DNA of 63,235 nucleotides, the filler included. It is 4 parts of 4 records of this genome, joined end to end, with 100 filler letters (N's around TTAATTAATTAA, not from the genome) between each part and the next. Parts side by side here need not be neighbours in the genome. Positions count along the whole stretch, not along the records: positions 48,582 to 63,235 come from SRR31156797_30357; 3 more parts are not named here. One strand, written 5' to 3'. The position numbers and the translations under genes were made by a program. Below, one piece after another: positions 48,582-58,181 of the stretch. Position 1 is the stretch's first letter. Every line of letters begins with the position of its first letter. A model generated the notes under the pieces. The model saw nothing but the letters and a program-made list of their open reading frames with translations, did not search any database and was not told the origin of the DNA.

Positions 48582-49731
48582 CCACTTCTCCCGGCGGCAG
48601 AGGGGCACCTGATGTATCCACCACTTCCACCGTGTGGCCGGGAATGGCTTTTCCCATGGAACCGGGTCTTATCTCCATGACTTCCGAGCAACTCCCCACT
48701 ACCAGGTTGACTTCGGTCTGTCCATAAAATTCGTTGATGGTCAATCCCATCACCTCTTTTCCCCAGGCCAGAAGTTCCTCTCCCAAAGACTCTCCGCCGC
48801 TTCCGATGGAGCGCATGGCATAATCATGACGGCGTCTGGGATCCTTCACCTGACGCATCATTTTGAGGGCCGTGGGCGGCATAAAGGCATTTCGGATGCC
48901 GTATTTGGCCAGCAGATAAAACGCTTCTTCCGGATCGAACTTTCGGGCCCTGCGGGCAAACACCGGCGTGCCGTAGTGCCAGCTGGGCAACAGCACATCC
49001 ATGAATCCCCCCATCCATGCCCAGTCCGCGGGGGTCCAGAAAAAATCATCTTCCTTGGGGAAAAAATTGTGAGGGAACTGAATCCCGGGCAGATGCCCCA
49101 GCAGTACCCGGTGGGCATGGTAAGCACCCTTTGGGGGTCCGGTGGTGCCGGAGGTGTAGCTGATGAACGCCGGATCATCGGCCCTGGTGTTCAAGGGCTG
49201 AAAGGACCGGGACCCTTTTTCAACCAGGGTTTCAAATGACAATACCCCGTCGGGCGGTTTTCCCCTGGTGAGGATAATCGCTTTGAGATGTGGCAGGTCG
49301 TCCCTGATCTCCAATATTTTCGGGAGATTCGCCTCATCGGTAATGACGGCGGCGGCCTGGCTGTTGTTCAGACGGTATTCCAGGGCCTCGGTCCCGAAAA
49401 GGGTGAACAACGGCATCACCACCGCCCCCATCTTATAGACGGCGATGTGACTGATGCCGGCCTCCGGGGACTGGGGCAACAGTATGCCCACCCGGTCCCC
49501 CGGCTCGATGCCGTTGGCCTTGAGCCCGTTGGCCAGACCGTTTGACAATCTTTTCAGGTCCCAGAAAGTGTACTTTTCAACCCCGCCCCTTTCATCCTCA
49601 AAAATCAGGGCCAGGCGATACCGCTGGTGTGCCCACTTGTCACAGATATCAAATCCGACATTGTAAAATTCCGGAATTTTCCATTCAAATGAACGGTAAA
49701 TCTCTTCATAGGTCTTGCCGGGTTTCAACAT
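48582..49731 (-). CDS. Acyl-CoA synthetase (AMP-binding), 3' truncated
   Basis: GGAGG RBS before ATG 49731; YTSGTTGPPKG, ADWAW.GG, FYGQTE, GSMGK. Confidence 0.88.
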
Positions 49732-49760
49732 TTCAACAACCTCCGGTATTTTGGAATCGG

Positions 49761-51083
49761 TCACTTGATCAGCAAGGACGGAAGCCAGGTGATGCTCTCG
49801 GGCCAGACCACGCAGATGATGAGACCCAGCTCCATGAGCCGCCAGAAGGGAAAGGCCCCCCAATACACATCCGCGGTGCTCACTTCCGGGGGCGCCACCC
49901 CCTTGAGGTAGAAGAGCGCATACCCGAATGGGGGCGTCAGAAAGGAGTCCTGCAGCATCACGGCCATGATGACGATAAACCACACCTTGTCAAACCCCAG
50001 ATCCGCCGCAATGGGGAGAAAAAGAGGGAAGCAGATGAGAATAATACCGATCCAGTCGATAAACATGCCCAGAAAAAAGAGGATCACCATCATGATGATA
50101 AACATGCCCCATTTCCCAAAGCCGCTTTCCAAAATCAGTTCCTGCACCACGTCCCCGCCGCCGGACCCCATAAAAACACTGGAAAAACAACTGGCCGTGG
50201 CCAGGATCAGAACCACCATGCTGGTGGTGCGCGCCGTGTTGATCACAGCGGAAATTAGCCCTTTCCAGGAAAATTTCCCATAGGCCACCGTCATAATAAA
50301 AGCAAGTACGGCCCCAACCCCCGCCGCTTCCGTGGGTGTGGCCACACCCATAAAAATGGAGCCCAAAACACCCATGATCAGAATCATGGGGGGGACCAGG
50401 GATTTAGCAACCATGAAGGCAATTTCACTTTTGCTAACGGCTGCCAGCTCTTCCTTTGAGATGGCCGGGCCATCCTCTGGTTTGAAATAGCATCGGATCA
50501 GGATGTACAAAATATAGAGTGTGGAGAGGATCAGCCCTGGGACTACCGCTCCCGCAAAGAGTTTCCCCACGGACACACTCCCCTGATCCGCCATGACCAC
50601 CAGCATGATGCTGGGGGGAATCAGGATACCCAGGGTTCCACCGGCACAGATGCAGCCGGAGCTGAGCTTCTTGTTATATCCGTATTTCAGCAGCACCGGC
50701 ATGGCCAGTAAGCCCATGGTCACCACCGAAGCACCGATAATGCCGGTACAGGCCCCGAACAGGGTGGAGACCACCACCACGGCCACGGCAATGCCTCCCC
50801 GAATGGGACCGAAAAGGTACCGCATGGTACTGAACAGACTTTCCGCAACCCCCGACTGATCCAGCAACTGGGCCATGAAAATGAACAGAGGGATGGCCAC
50901 CAGGATGTAATTGTCCATCACCCCGAAAGTTTGATTGATGAACATGTAGAAACAGCTCGGCCCCCATCCCAGATAACCGAATATGACGGCCAGCCCGCCT
51001 AAAACAAACGCCAGGGGATGGCCCAGAAAAAGGCCCACCAGAAGTCCTACGAACATGCCGATTGCAATAAATTCCGCGCTCAT
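49761..51083 (-). CDS. dctM: TRAP transporter large permease
   Basis: AIPLFIFM, GILIPPS, TPTEAA, FLTPPFG. Confidence 0.92.
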   Translation of the reverse strand: MSAEFIAIGMFVGLLVGLFLGHPLAFVLGGLAVIFGYLGWGPSCFYMFINQTFGVMDNYILVAIPLFIFMAQLLDQSGVAESLFSTMRYLFGPIRGGIAVAVVVVSTLFGACTGIIGASVVTMGLLAMPVLLKYGYNKKLSSGCICAGGTLGILIPPSIMLVVMADQGSVSVGKLFAGAVVPGLILSTLYILYILIRCYFKPEDGPAISKEELAAVSKSEIAFMVAKSLVPPMILIMGVLGSIFMGVATPTEAAGVGAVLAFIMTVAYGKFSWKGLISAVINTARTTSMVVLILATASCFSSVFMGSGGGDVVQELILESGFGKWGMFIIMMVILFFLGMFIDWIGIILICFPLFLPIAADLGFDKVWFIVIMAVMLQDSFLTPPFGYALFYLKGVAPPEVSTADVYWGAFPFWRLMELGLIICVVWPESITWLPSLLIK

Positions 51084-51589
51084 AGTTCCCTCCCGGTAAT
51101 GGCCTGCGTAAAACCCTTGATGATATTTGAGAGCCCCTGAATCAGAAGCAAAGCGGCAGTGACGGGAATAACCATCTTGATTTGGGGAACGATGGGAAGT
51201 TCGGCGGAGCCGCTGGTCTCATTCATGGCCCAGGAGGTTGCCGTGTAAAGATAACCCTGCTGAAGAACAATAACACAGAAAGGGAAAAAAAATACCAGGT
51301 AGGTGAAACAGTCCAGGATGCCCCGGGTTCGGGGGGAAAATTTCTGATAGATGATATCGATGCGCACATGGGCATTGTAAAGAAGGGTATAAGCGGCCAC
51401 CAGCATGAAATAGGGGCCATAAAGGTATGCCGTAATCTCAGGCGCCCAGATGTGCGGCGTATTGAATGCTTTGATGGAGATGACCTCATACACCACCACA
51501 AGGGTCAGGGGGATGATCAGCCACATGAAAATCCGGCCCGACCATTCGCTCACATTGTCGAGGCCTTTGGTGAAAGTCGCAAGCTGCAT
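51080..51589 (-). CDS. dctQ: TRAP transporter small permease
   Basis: VVYEV...F..P..WA.E, AYTL....HVRID; four TM helices. Confidence 0.88.
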   Translation of the reverse strand: MQLATFTKGLDNVSEWSGRIFMWLIIPLTLVVVYEVISIKAFNTPHIWAPEITAYLYGPYFMLVAAYTLLYNAHVRIDIIYQKFSPRTRGILDCFTYLVFFFPFCVIVLQQGYLYTATSWAMNETSGSAELPIVPQIKMVIPVTAALLLIQGLSNIIKGFTQAITGREL

Positions 51590-51638
51590 TGGAAAACCTT
51601 TCTCGTCATGAAAAGATGCGTGGAAGCGGTCATAAAAC

Positions 51639-51675
51639 AAAAAGGCCTTTGACGTTTTGCCAAAGGCCTTTTTTT
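51639..51675. terminator. Stem-loop between dctP and dctQ (partial terminator or mRNA stabiliser)
   Basis: AAAAAGGCCTTTG..CAAAGGCCTTTTT. Confidence 0.75.
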
Positions 51676-51682
51676 GCTGGGG

Positions 51683-52798
51683 TTAGTATCCCATTTTTTT
51701 CAGTTCCGCAAGAACATTGTCCACATAGGCGGGGGTTCGACCAAAACCGAAATCACCGCTCATGGTCCGCCATTCCTTATACTGCTTGAGGTAATCCATC
51801 TGGGATTTCAGAACCTCTGCATAAGCCTTGGATTCCTTGGCTTTCATGATGCAGTATTCGCCCGCCAGTTTTTCCAATTTTTCCATATCTGCCTTGGGCA
51901 GGGGATAAATCTCCGTTCCCTTGTCCTTGAATTTCTGGATGGCCCGGGCCGAATCCCCCTCGTAGAAGGCAACGGCCCTGAGAGATGCCGCCATGCACCC
52001 GTACCGCAAAATGGCCTGGTATTCCTTGGAGAGGGAGTTCCAGGCTTTCAGGTTGACCATGGTACCCACCTGGCTTGAAGGCTGAAACCAGCAGGGGACG
52101 CTCCAGTACTTGGTAATTTCCGCAAAACCCATGGTCCAGTCCACACCGGGGCTGCTGAACTCGGCGCCGTCCAGTTTACCGGTCTGAACCGCCAGGTAGA
52201 TTTCGCCGCCCGGCATTTTGATGGGGGACGCCCCCACCTGTTTCAGGATCCAGATGGTGGCACGCGACGGGGTTCTCAGTTTCAGGCCTTTGTAATCTTC
52301 AATGCTTTTGATGGGCCCGGTTTTCTCACTGGTACGAAAGCCTGATTCCATGGGGGTGGCACCCAGGGAGAAATAGGTCATGCCGTACTTTCCCCAGAGT
52401 TTCTGCATCAATTCGAGACCCCCGAAATCATACATCCAGGTAACATAATCCATGTTGGTGAAGCCGAATGGAAAGCTCCCGATAAAGTCAAATGCGGGAT
52501 CCTTGCTGGCCCAGTAGCTCGGCCAGTCCCCAGCCATCTCCACCGCACCCTTGCCGCAGGCGTCAAAGATCTCGAAGGCTTTCATGAGGGCGCCGGAGGG
52601 AAACCACTTGATGACAAAATTGCCGCCGGTCATTTCCTTGACGTACTTGATCATCTGTTTTTCGCCGTACCACAGGTTAATGGATTCAGGCCATGTGGTG
52701 ACCATTTTCCATCTGATCTTTTTTGCGAAAGCGTTGGACCCGATTGAGAGAACCATCGTCATAATGCCCAAGATTACAAACAATTTCAGCTTTTTCAT
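51683..52798 (-). CDS. dctP: TRAP substrate-binding protein (TakP-like monocarboxylate clade)
   Basis: WKMVTTWP, PFG, GLKLR, PGGEIY.A...G.LDGAEF. Confidence 0.88.
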   Translation of the reverse strand: MKKLKLFVILGIMTMVLSIGSNAFAKKIRWKMVTTWPESINLWYGEKQMIKYVKEMTGGNFVIKWFPSGALMKAFEIFDACGKGAVEMAGDWPSYWASKDPAFDFIGSFPFGFTNMDYVTWMYDFGGLELMQKLWGKYGMTYFSLGATPMESGFRTSEKTGPIKSIEDYKGLKLRTPSRATIWILKQVGASPIKMPGGEIYLAVQTGKLDGAEFSSPGVDWTMGFAEITKYWSVPCWFQPSSQVGTMVNLKAWNSLSKEYQAILRYGCMAASLRAVAFYEGDSARAIQKFKDKGTEIYPLPKADMEKLEKLAGEYCIMKAKESKAYAEVLKSQMDYLKQYKEWRTMSGDFGFGRTPAYVDNVLAELKKMGY

Positions 52799-53063
52799 TC
52801 TAACCCTCCATAAAAAGTGAGATTAATCCATTTGAACCTCAAGAAAATTTTGGCCCGATGCGCTGATTCACCCCCTTTCTTTGGTTGGAATTCTCGACTT
52901 AATTATAACGTATTAAAGGTGTTTAATGCAGGATGATGTGCTGAATTTGACCTAATTGAGACCACCGGAAGGAAGTCCTTTCCAAATGGTGTTGAATAAA
53001 GGATAAAACGGTTTTTCCCCATACAAACGGTTTCTCGTATCAAGAGTAAGAAAAACACCCATC

Positions 53064-53936
53064 TTATGTTTTTGAGGACGGCGTTCCTTTTTTTTCCGCA
53101 TAAGTGAGCACCATCCCGCCGTCAAACAGCAGATCGCCTCCCACCAGGTATTTCCCGAACCGGGAAAATCCGAAAAGAAACAGATTGGCCACCTCGATGG
53201 GAGTCATCATCTCCTTGATGCGGCTATCCCCCATCATCACGTCCCGAACCACCTCTTCCGGGGTAATTCCCCGCTGTTTGGCCTGGGCGGGAATCTGGTT
53301 GAGGGCCAGAGCGGTCTTCACAAACCCCGTACTGACCGTAAAAGAACGGATGTTCCCATCCCCTTCAGCGGAGATGGATTGGCTCAAGGCCCGAAGGCCG
53401 AATTTCATGATGTTGTAAACGGATTTATTGAGGGTACAGATATGGCCGTGAATGGAGGCCATGTTGCCGACGCCCCCTGTGCCGTCACTGCTTTTTTGCA
53501 TATGCGGAATGGTCAATTGTGAAAGGAAAAAAGGGGCGCGCAACATAATTCGCTGCATGAGATCATATTTTTCCATGGGGAAGTTTTCCACAGCATCGAT
53601 GTGCTGGATGCCGGCGATGTTGACCAGATATTTAATGACGCCCTTCTTGGCGGCTTCTTCCACGGCGCCTGCCATATCTTCGTCGCGCGTAAGATCGGTT
53701 TTGATGAAAAACATCCGGCCGCCCGCTTCACGAATCAGTTTTTCGGTTTTTTCCCCCTCCTGTTCATTGATATCCAGACCCACAACCGAAAGGCCGTTGG
53801 CCGCGGCCGCGACAGCGGTTGCCCTGCCGATCCCCATTCCGGCTCCCGTGACAATACACACATGATTCGGGTTGAAATTGTCGTCCTCAAGCATGAGGAT
53901 CTCTTCCGACCTTATCTTTGGCTCAGCGACATCCAT
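53064..53936 (-). CDS. SDR oxidoreductase, 3-hydroxybutyrate dehydrogenase-like
   Basis: TGAGMGIG, NIAGIQH, ASIHG, KSVYNIMK (YxxxK), GFVKT.L, QI. Confidence 0.8.
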   Translation of the reverse strand: MDVAEPKIRSEEILMLEDDNFNPNHVCIVTGAGMGIGRATAVAAAANGLSVVGLDINEQEGEKTEKLIREAGGRMFFIKTDLTRDEDMAGAVEEAAKKGVIKYLVNIAGIQHIDAVENFPMEKYDLMQRIMLRAPFFLSQLTIPHMQKSSDGTGGVGNMASIHGHICTLNKSVYNIMKFGLRALSQSISAEGDGNIRSFTVSTGFVKTALALNQIPAQAKQRGITPEEVVRDVMMGDSRIKEMMTPIEVANLFLFGFSRFGKYLVGGDLLFDGGMVLTYAEKKGTPSSKT

Positions 53937-54008
53937 CCTTACCTCGCGTGGAAAGTCAAAATTTATCGGGAACCCTCTATTTTCTCCATACGGTCATAAA
54001 GACTCGGA

Positions 54009-54026
54009 AATAGGTATGACCATATT
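54009..54026. promoter_or_regulatory. FadR-family operator 1, downstream of a minus-strand TTGACA (54037-54042)
   Basis: AATAGGT-ATG-ACCATATT matches the PdhR/LldR-type TGGT-N3-ACCA. Confidence 0.65.
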
Positions 54027-54139
54027 GTATCTGAATTGTCAAGTTGTTTATGCTCAAAAAAACCTATTCGATTTACTTAAAATCATTTATGTTTCCAAAA
54101 AGGCATTTTAAACGGGATCTCTTATGTTTAGACATCAGC

Positions 54140-54150
54140 TGGTAATACCA
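54140..54150. promoter_or_regulatory. FadR-family operator 2, upstream of TTGACA-17-TAGAAG (54168-54196)
   Basis: TGGT-AAT-ACCA. Confidence 0.65.
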
Positions 54151-54280
54151 AATACCCGGTTGTATCCTTGACAAATCTGCATGAACCGGTTAGAAGAACC
54201 TCTGATGAAAAAAGGTTCATGGGACGGATCCATACGGCAGGTACGCTCCTTATCTTCTCTACAAATATTCGGAAAGAAAG

Positions 54281-54994
54281 ATGTTAAAACCGATTAAACA
54301 ATCAAAACTCTCAGACAAAATTGTAGAGCAAATCCAAAACTCAATTAAAAACAGAGAACTGCAGCCAAACGATATGCTGCCGCCGGAACGGGAAATGGCC
54401 GAGATGCTCAATGTCAGTCGGCCGCCGCTGAGGGAAGCCTTGAACAAGCTGGAGGCCATGGGCCTTATTGAAATCCAGCGCGGCCGCCGGGTTATGGTGA
54501 AATCCATTGGAGAAGCCATGCTTCCCGACATGCTCGCCAAGGCCATCACCGACGATGCTGAACTGTCTATGCAATTGCTGGAGGTCAGAAAGGTTCTGGA
54601 AACTTGGGCCGCGTCCCAGGCATGTCGCTTTGCCACGGATGAGGAGATAGCCGATCTTCAGAAAATCTGCGATGAAATGTACGATGATTTTCGAAAAACC
54701 GATTTCGGACGGAGTTCCGACGCCAAATTCCATATGGCCATATACAAAGCGACCCACAACGTCGTCTTTACCCACCTGATGTCCACCATGTTCGACCTGT
54801 TGTGGCAATCCCATGAAGTTGTCAAAAACATCATATTGAACAAGAAAGAGAATCTGAAAACCCTTTTGACGCAACATTTGGCCATCATGGAAGCGATCAA
54901 AGCGCGAGATGCGAGAACCGCGCGCAAAGAAATGCTGGCGCATCTGAAAATTGTCCAAAAGGAACTCCAGGATGCTGCGGTAAAAAACCCGTAA
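54281..54994 (+). CDS. GntR/FadR-family regulator (LldR/LutR-like)
   Basis: LPPEREMAE..NVSRPPLREAL HTH; FCD domain (EVR..LE, DAKFH, HN, QH). Confidence 0.92.
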   Translation: MLKPIKQSKLSDKIVEQIQNSIKNRELQPNDMLPPEREMAEMLNVSRPPLREALNKLEAMGLIEIQRGRRVMVKSIGEAMLPDMLAKAITDDAELSMQLLEVRKVLETWAASQACRFATDEEIADLQKICDEMYDDFRKTDFGRSSDAKFHMAIYKATHNVVFTHLMSTMFDLLWQSHEVVKNIILNKKENLKTLLTQHLAIMEAIKARDARTARKEMLAHLKIVQKELQDAAVKNP

Positions 54995-55044
54995 GCGACC
55001 TTTTTTTCGCTCGGCAATCATTTTTTGTGGAAAGGGAAAGACCA

Positions 55045-56310
55045 ATGAATACCCAAAAGGTGGAACTCCTGTACGGTGAAAACAGCAAGGACTTAGAACT
55101 GCCCTTACGGATTCCATCCCTGGAGATGAAGCCCCTTAACGCACTCCCTGCGCCTGAACAGGCCGTTGCCGCCGCCCTTGACGCCCCCATCAGCAGCAAA
55201 CCCCTTAGGGAATTGGTTCACGGCAAAAAAACCGCCTGCGTGGTTATTTCCGATTTCACCCGCCCGGTACCCAATAAAATTATTCTGCCCCCCCTGCTTC
55301 GCACTCTGGAGCAACAGGGCATGGACCCGCAAGACATCACCATCCTCATCGCCACGGGCATGCACCGACCCAACCTGGGAAAAGAGTTGGAAGATCTGGT
55401 GGGCCGAACCATCATGGCGCGGTACCCCATCCAGAACCATTATTGCCGAAAATCCGAAACCTACCGAAAGATCGATGAAATCGAAGGTGCACCCATCGAG
55501 ATCAACACCTGCTATCTGGATGCGGATCTGAAAATCCTCACCGGGCTCATCGAACCCCACTTTTATGCCGGCTACTCAGGGGGCCGTAAAGCCATACTCC
55601 CGGGCATTTCCAGCTTCGAGACCATGAAATTCATGCACTCCTTTGAAATGATCAACCATCCCCGCGTCACCAACTGCCTCCTTGAGGGGAACCCCTTTCA
55701 TGAATACGGCATTCGCGTGGCGGAACTGGCCCGGCCGGATTTCATTTTGAATTTGGTCATCAATAAAAAAAGAGAGATTGCCGGCGTGTTTGCCGGGGAT
55801 TACAACCATGCACATTTGGCAGGGTGTGAACTGGTCTCAAAACACGCCGTGGTTCCGGTGGGTCAACGGGCCGACATGGTCGTCACCTCCGGTGGCGGGT
55901 TTCCCCTGGATGCCACATTTTACCAGATCAGCAAAGCCCTTATTTGCGCCCGAAACATATTAAGACCCGGGGGAACCATTGTGGTGGCCTGCGAGTGTCG
56001 GGAAGGATTGGGAAGCCCCGAGTTCTGTCATATTATGCGATCCACTTGCGATTTCCAGGCCTTTTCAGCAGGGTACGGTGATCCAGAGGATTTTGTCATT
56101 GACCAATGGTGCGCCCAGAACATCTTTCAGGCGGCGGACCATGCGGGCAAAATCCATATTTATTCTTCCGGACTTTCCCATGGGGATGTTGAAAAAATGG
56201 GGGCGCTAAAAATCGAAAATCTGCAACAGACCGTTGATGATTTATTACACACCCATCCCGAAACAGTGGTGGTCCCCGAGGGACCCTATGTGGTGGGAAG
56301 GATCGGTTGA
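55045..56310 (+). CDS. larA: Nickel-pincer-dependent lactate / 2-hydroxyacid racemase
   Basis: ISDFTRPVP, IATGMHR, EPHFYAGYSGGRK, GNP, GG.PLD..FYQ..K, C.EG.G, DQW. Confidence 0.88.
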   Translation: MNTQKVELLYGENSKDLELPLRIPSLEMKPLNALPAPEQAVAAALDAPISSKPLRELVHGKKTACVVISDFTRPVPNKIILPPLLRTLEQQGMDPQDITILIATGMHRPNLGKELEDLVGRTIMARYPIQNHYCRKSETYRKIDEIEGAPIEINTCYLDADLKILTGLIEPHFYAGYSGGRKAILPGISSFETMKFMHSFEMINHPRVTNCLLEGNPFHEYGIRVAELARPDFILNLVINKKREIAGVFAGDYNHAHLAGCELVSKHAVVPVGQRADMVVTSGGGFPLDATFYQISKALICARNILRPGGTIVVACECREGLGSPEFCHIMRSTCDFQAFSAGYGDPEDFVIDQWCAQNIFQAADHAGKIHIYSSGLSHGDVEKMGALKIENLQQTVDDLLHTHPETVVVPEGPYVVGRIG

Positions 56311-56341
56311 ACAAAGGATAAAAGGATTCCATTAACCGCAT

Positions 56342-58171
56342 ATGCCACTTTCCCATTTTCTCATAAAAAGAGCCGCCTGCCTCCTTCCGGCCCTGCTGAT
56401 TTTCATTTTTTCCGGCCCGGACGCACAAGCCTCCTGGCTTCTGGATCCAGCCAAATTTCACGCATCGGCCCACGGCCAGACGGCCTGTTCGGACTGTCAC
56501 GGGAATGTGGCGGATCAACAACTTCACCCGAAACCCGGGAATGTGAGCAAACATGAAAAGGCATTTTTTAAATCGGACCAATGCCTGGACTGCCATGACC
56601 AGGTCATGGAGGATCTGGATAACGGGGTTCACGGCTCACATAAGGTCGAGAATGCAAATGAATATCAGTACTGCCTGAAATGCCACAATCCCCACACGCA
56701 ACCCAGCCTGGGGGATAACCGAACCGGAAAATATAACCCCGACAGGCCACCCCGGGAACAGTGCGGCGCCTGCCACAAACAGGCATGGGCCCTCCCCCCC
56801 TTTTCAGATGAAGACGCCGCCTGCATGACTTGTCACCAGGCGCGAAACAATAAGGACCCCGATAATATCAAACATACCAAAGCCCTCTGCCTGCACTGCC
56901 ATGGAAACAACGGCACCGAAGCACAAATTAAAACCGGTAGACACACCCCATTGTTGGACGGCAAGACCTATGATGCCACTCCCCATGCACATATGGCCTG
57001 CACCGATTGCCACAAAAACGCCGCCGCATTCGGCCACAACCGGCAACCTGCCGTGGACTGCCGGAAGTGCCATGTGCCCCATGAAGAAAAGGTGATCCAT
57101 GACGCCCACATGGGGGTCACCTGCCAGGCTTGCCACCTTCAGGGAATTACGCCTTTCCGGGATACTGAAACGGCTGCCCTTCGATGGAAACCCAACAAAG
57201 ACCTCAAAGATCTTTCCACCCTTCATCAGATGAATATTTCCAACGGCAAGGACTCGTGCAAACGTTGCCATTTTGCGGGAAATGATCTTGGGGCCGCCTC
57301 CATGGTCCTGCCGGCCAAAAGCATATTGTGCATGCCCTGCCACACGGCCACATTTTCCCTGGACGACACCATATCCATCATGGGTTTCGTGATTTTCCTC
57401 TGCGGCATGGTCCTCTTTGTTTCGGTCCTTTTAACCGGCACCATGAACCATATTACCAGCACGCACCCCATACTTAAGCTCATACAAGCCGTGTTGGACA
57501 TGCTTCGCCCCATTTTTTCACCCAAAATCTTCAAGATCCTGCGATCCCTTTTCTGGGATGCGTTTCTGCAACGGCGCCTGTACCGCCGTTCTCCCGGGCG
57601 GTGGTTCATCCACGGGCTTATTTTCTACCCCTTCGCGATCCGATTTTTCTGGGGTCTTGCGGCATTACTGGGATCGATTTGGGCACCCCACAATTCCGCC
57701 ATTTGGCATATGATCAACAAAAACCATCCCCTGACCGCTTTTCTCTTTGATCTCACCGGAATCATGATTCTCGCAGGCGTTATCCTGGCCTGGATACGGG
57801 GCGCCCTTCAAGAACGGAATCGTGCAACGGGAACACCGCCTCAGGACCGGATCGCACTGGCCCTCATCGGCGGGATCGTAATCATCGGTTTTCTGCTGGA
57901 AGGGATGCGGATCGTCATGACCGGATATCCCGCCAACGCCGCCTGGAGCTTTTTAGGGTATGCCGTCAGCCTGTGGTTCTCACCGTCACGGGGGATCCCT
58001 GAAGTGTTCAGTTTCATGTGGTATATCCATGCGGCACTCACCGGTGCATTTATCGCCTATATCCCCTTCAGCCGGCTGCTGCACATGATTCTGGCGCCGG
58101 TGGTAATCTCCATGAATGCGGTATCGCCTGCCCATGGCGCCCATGATGAAAATCGCGAAAAAAAGACATGA
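56342..58171 (+). CDS. 11-heme cytochrome c fused to a NarI/HdrE/DsrM-type membrane cytochrome b domain
   Basis: Signal peptide; 11 CxxCH; TM region with WFIH, GFLLEG.RI, WYIH, YIPFSRLLH. Confidence 0.85.
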   Translation: MPLSHFLIKRAACLLPALLIFIFSGPDAQASWLLDPAKFHASAHGQTACSDCHGNVADQQLHPKPGNVSKHEKAFFKSDQCLDCHDQVMEDLDNGVHGSHKVENANEYQYCLKCHNPHTQPSLGDNRTGKYNPDRPPREQCGACHKQAWALPPFSDEDAACMTCHQARNNKDPDNIKHTKALCLHCHGNNGTEAQIKTGRHTPLLDGKTYDATPHAHMACTDCHKNAAAFGHNRQPAVDCRKCHVPHEEKVIHDAHMGVTCQACHLQGITPFRDTETAALRWKPNKDLKDLSTLHQMNISNGKDSCKRCHFAGNDLGAASMVLPAKSILCMPCHTATFSLDDTISIMGFVIFLCGMVLFVSVLLTGTMNHITSTHPILKLIQAVLDMLRPIFSPKIFKILRSLFWDAFLQRRLYRRSPGRWFIHGLIFYPFAIRFFWGLAALLGSIWAPHNSAIWHMINKNHPLTAFLFDLTGIMILAGVILAWIRGALQERNRATGTPPQDRIALALIGGIVIIGFLLEGMRIVMTGYPANAAWSFLGYAVSLWFSPSRGIPEVFSFMWYIHAALTGAFIAYIPFSRLLHMILAPVVISMNAVSPAHGAHDENREKKT

Positions 58172-58181
58172 AAGGGAGATA

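Noticed and set aside
49732-49983. N-terminal extension of the acyl-CoA synthetase ORF
   Set aside because: Overlaps dctM; a strong RBS supports ATG 49731
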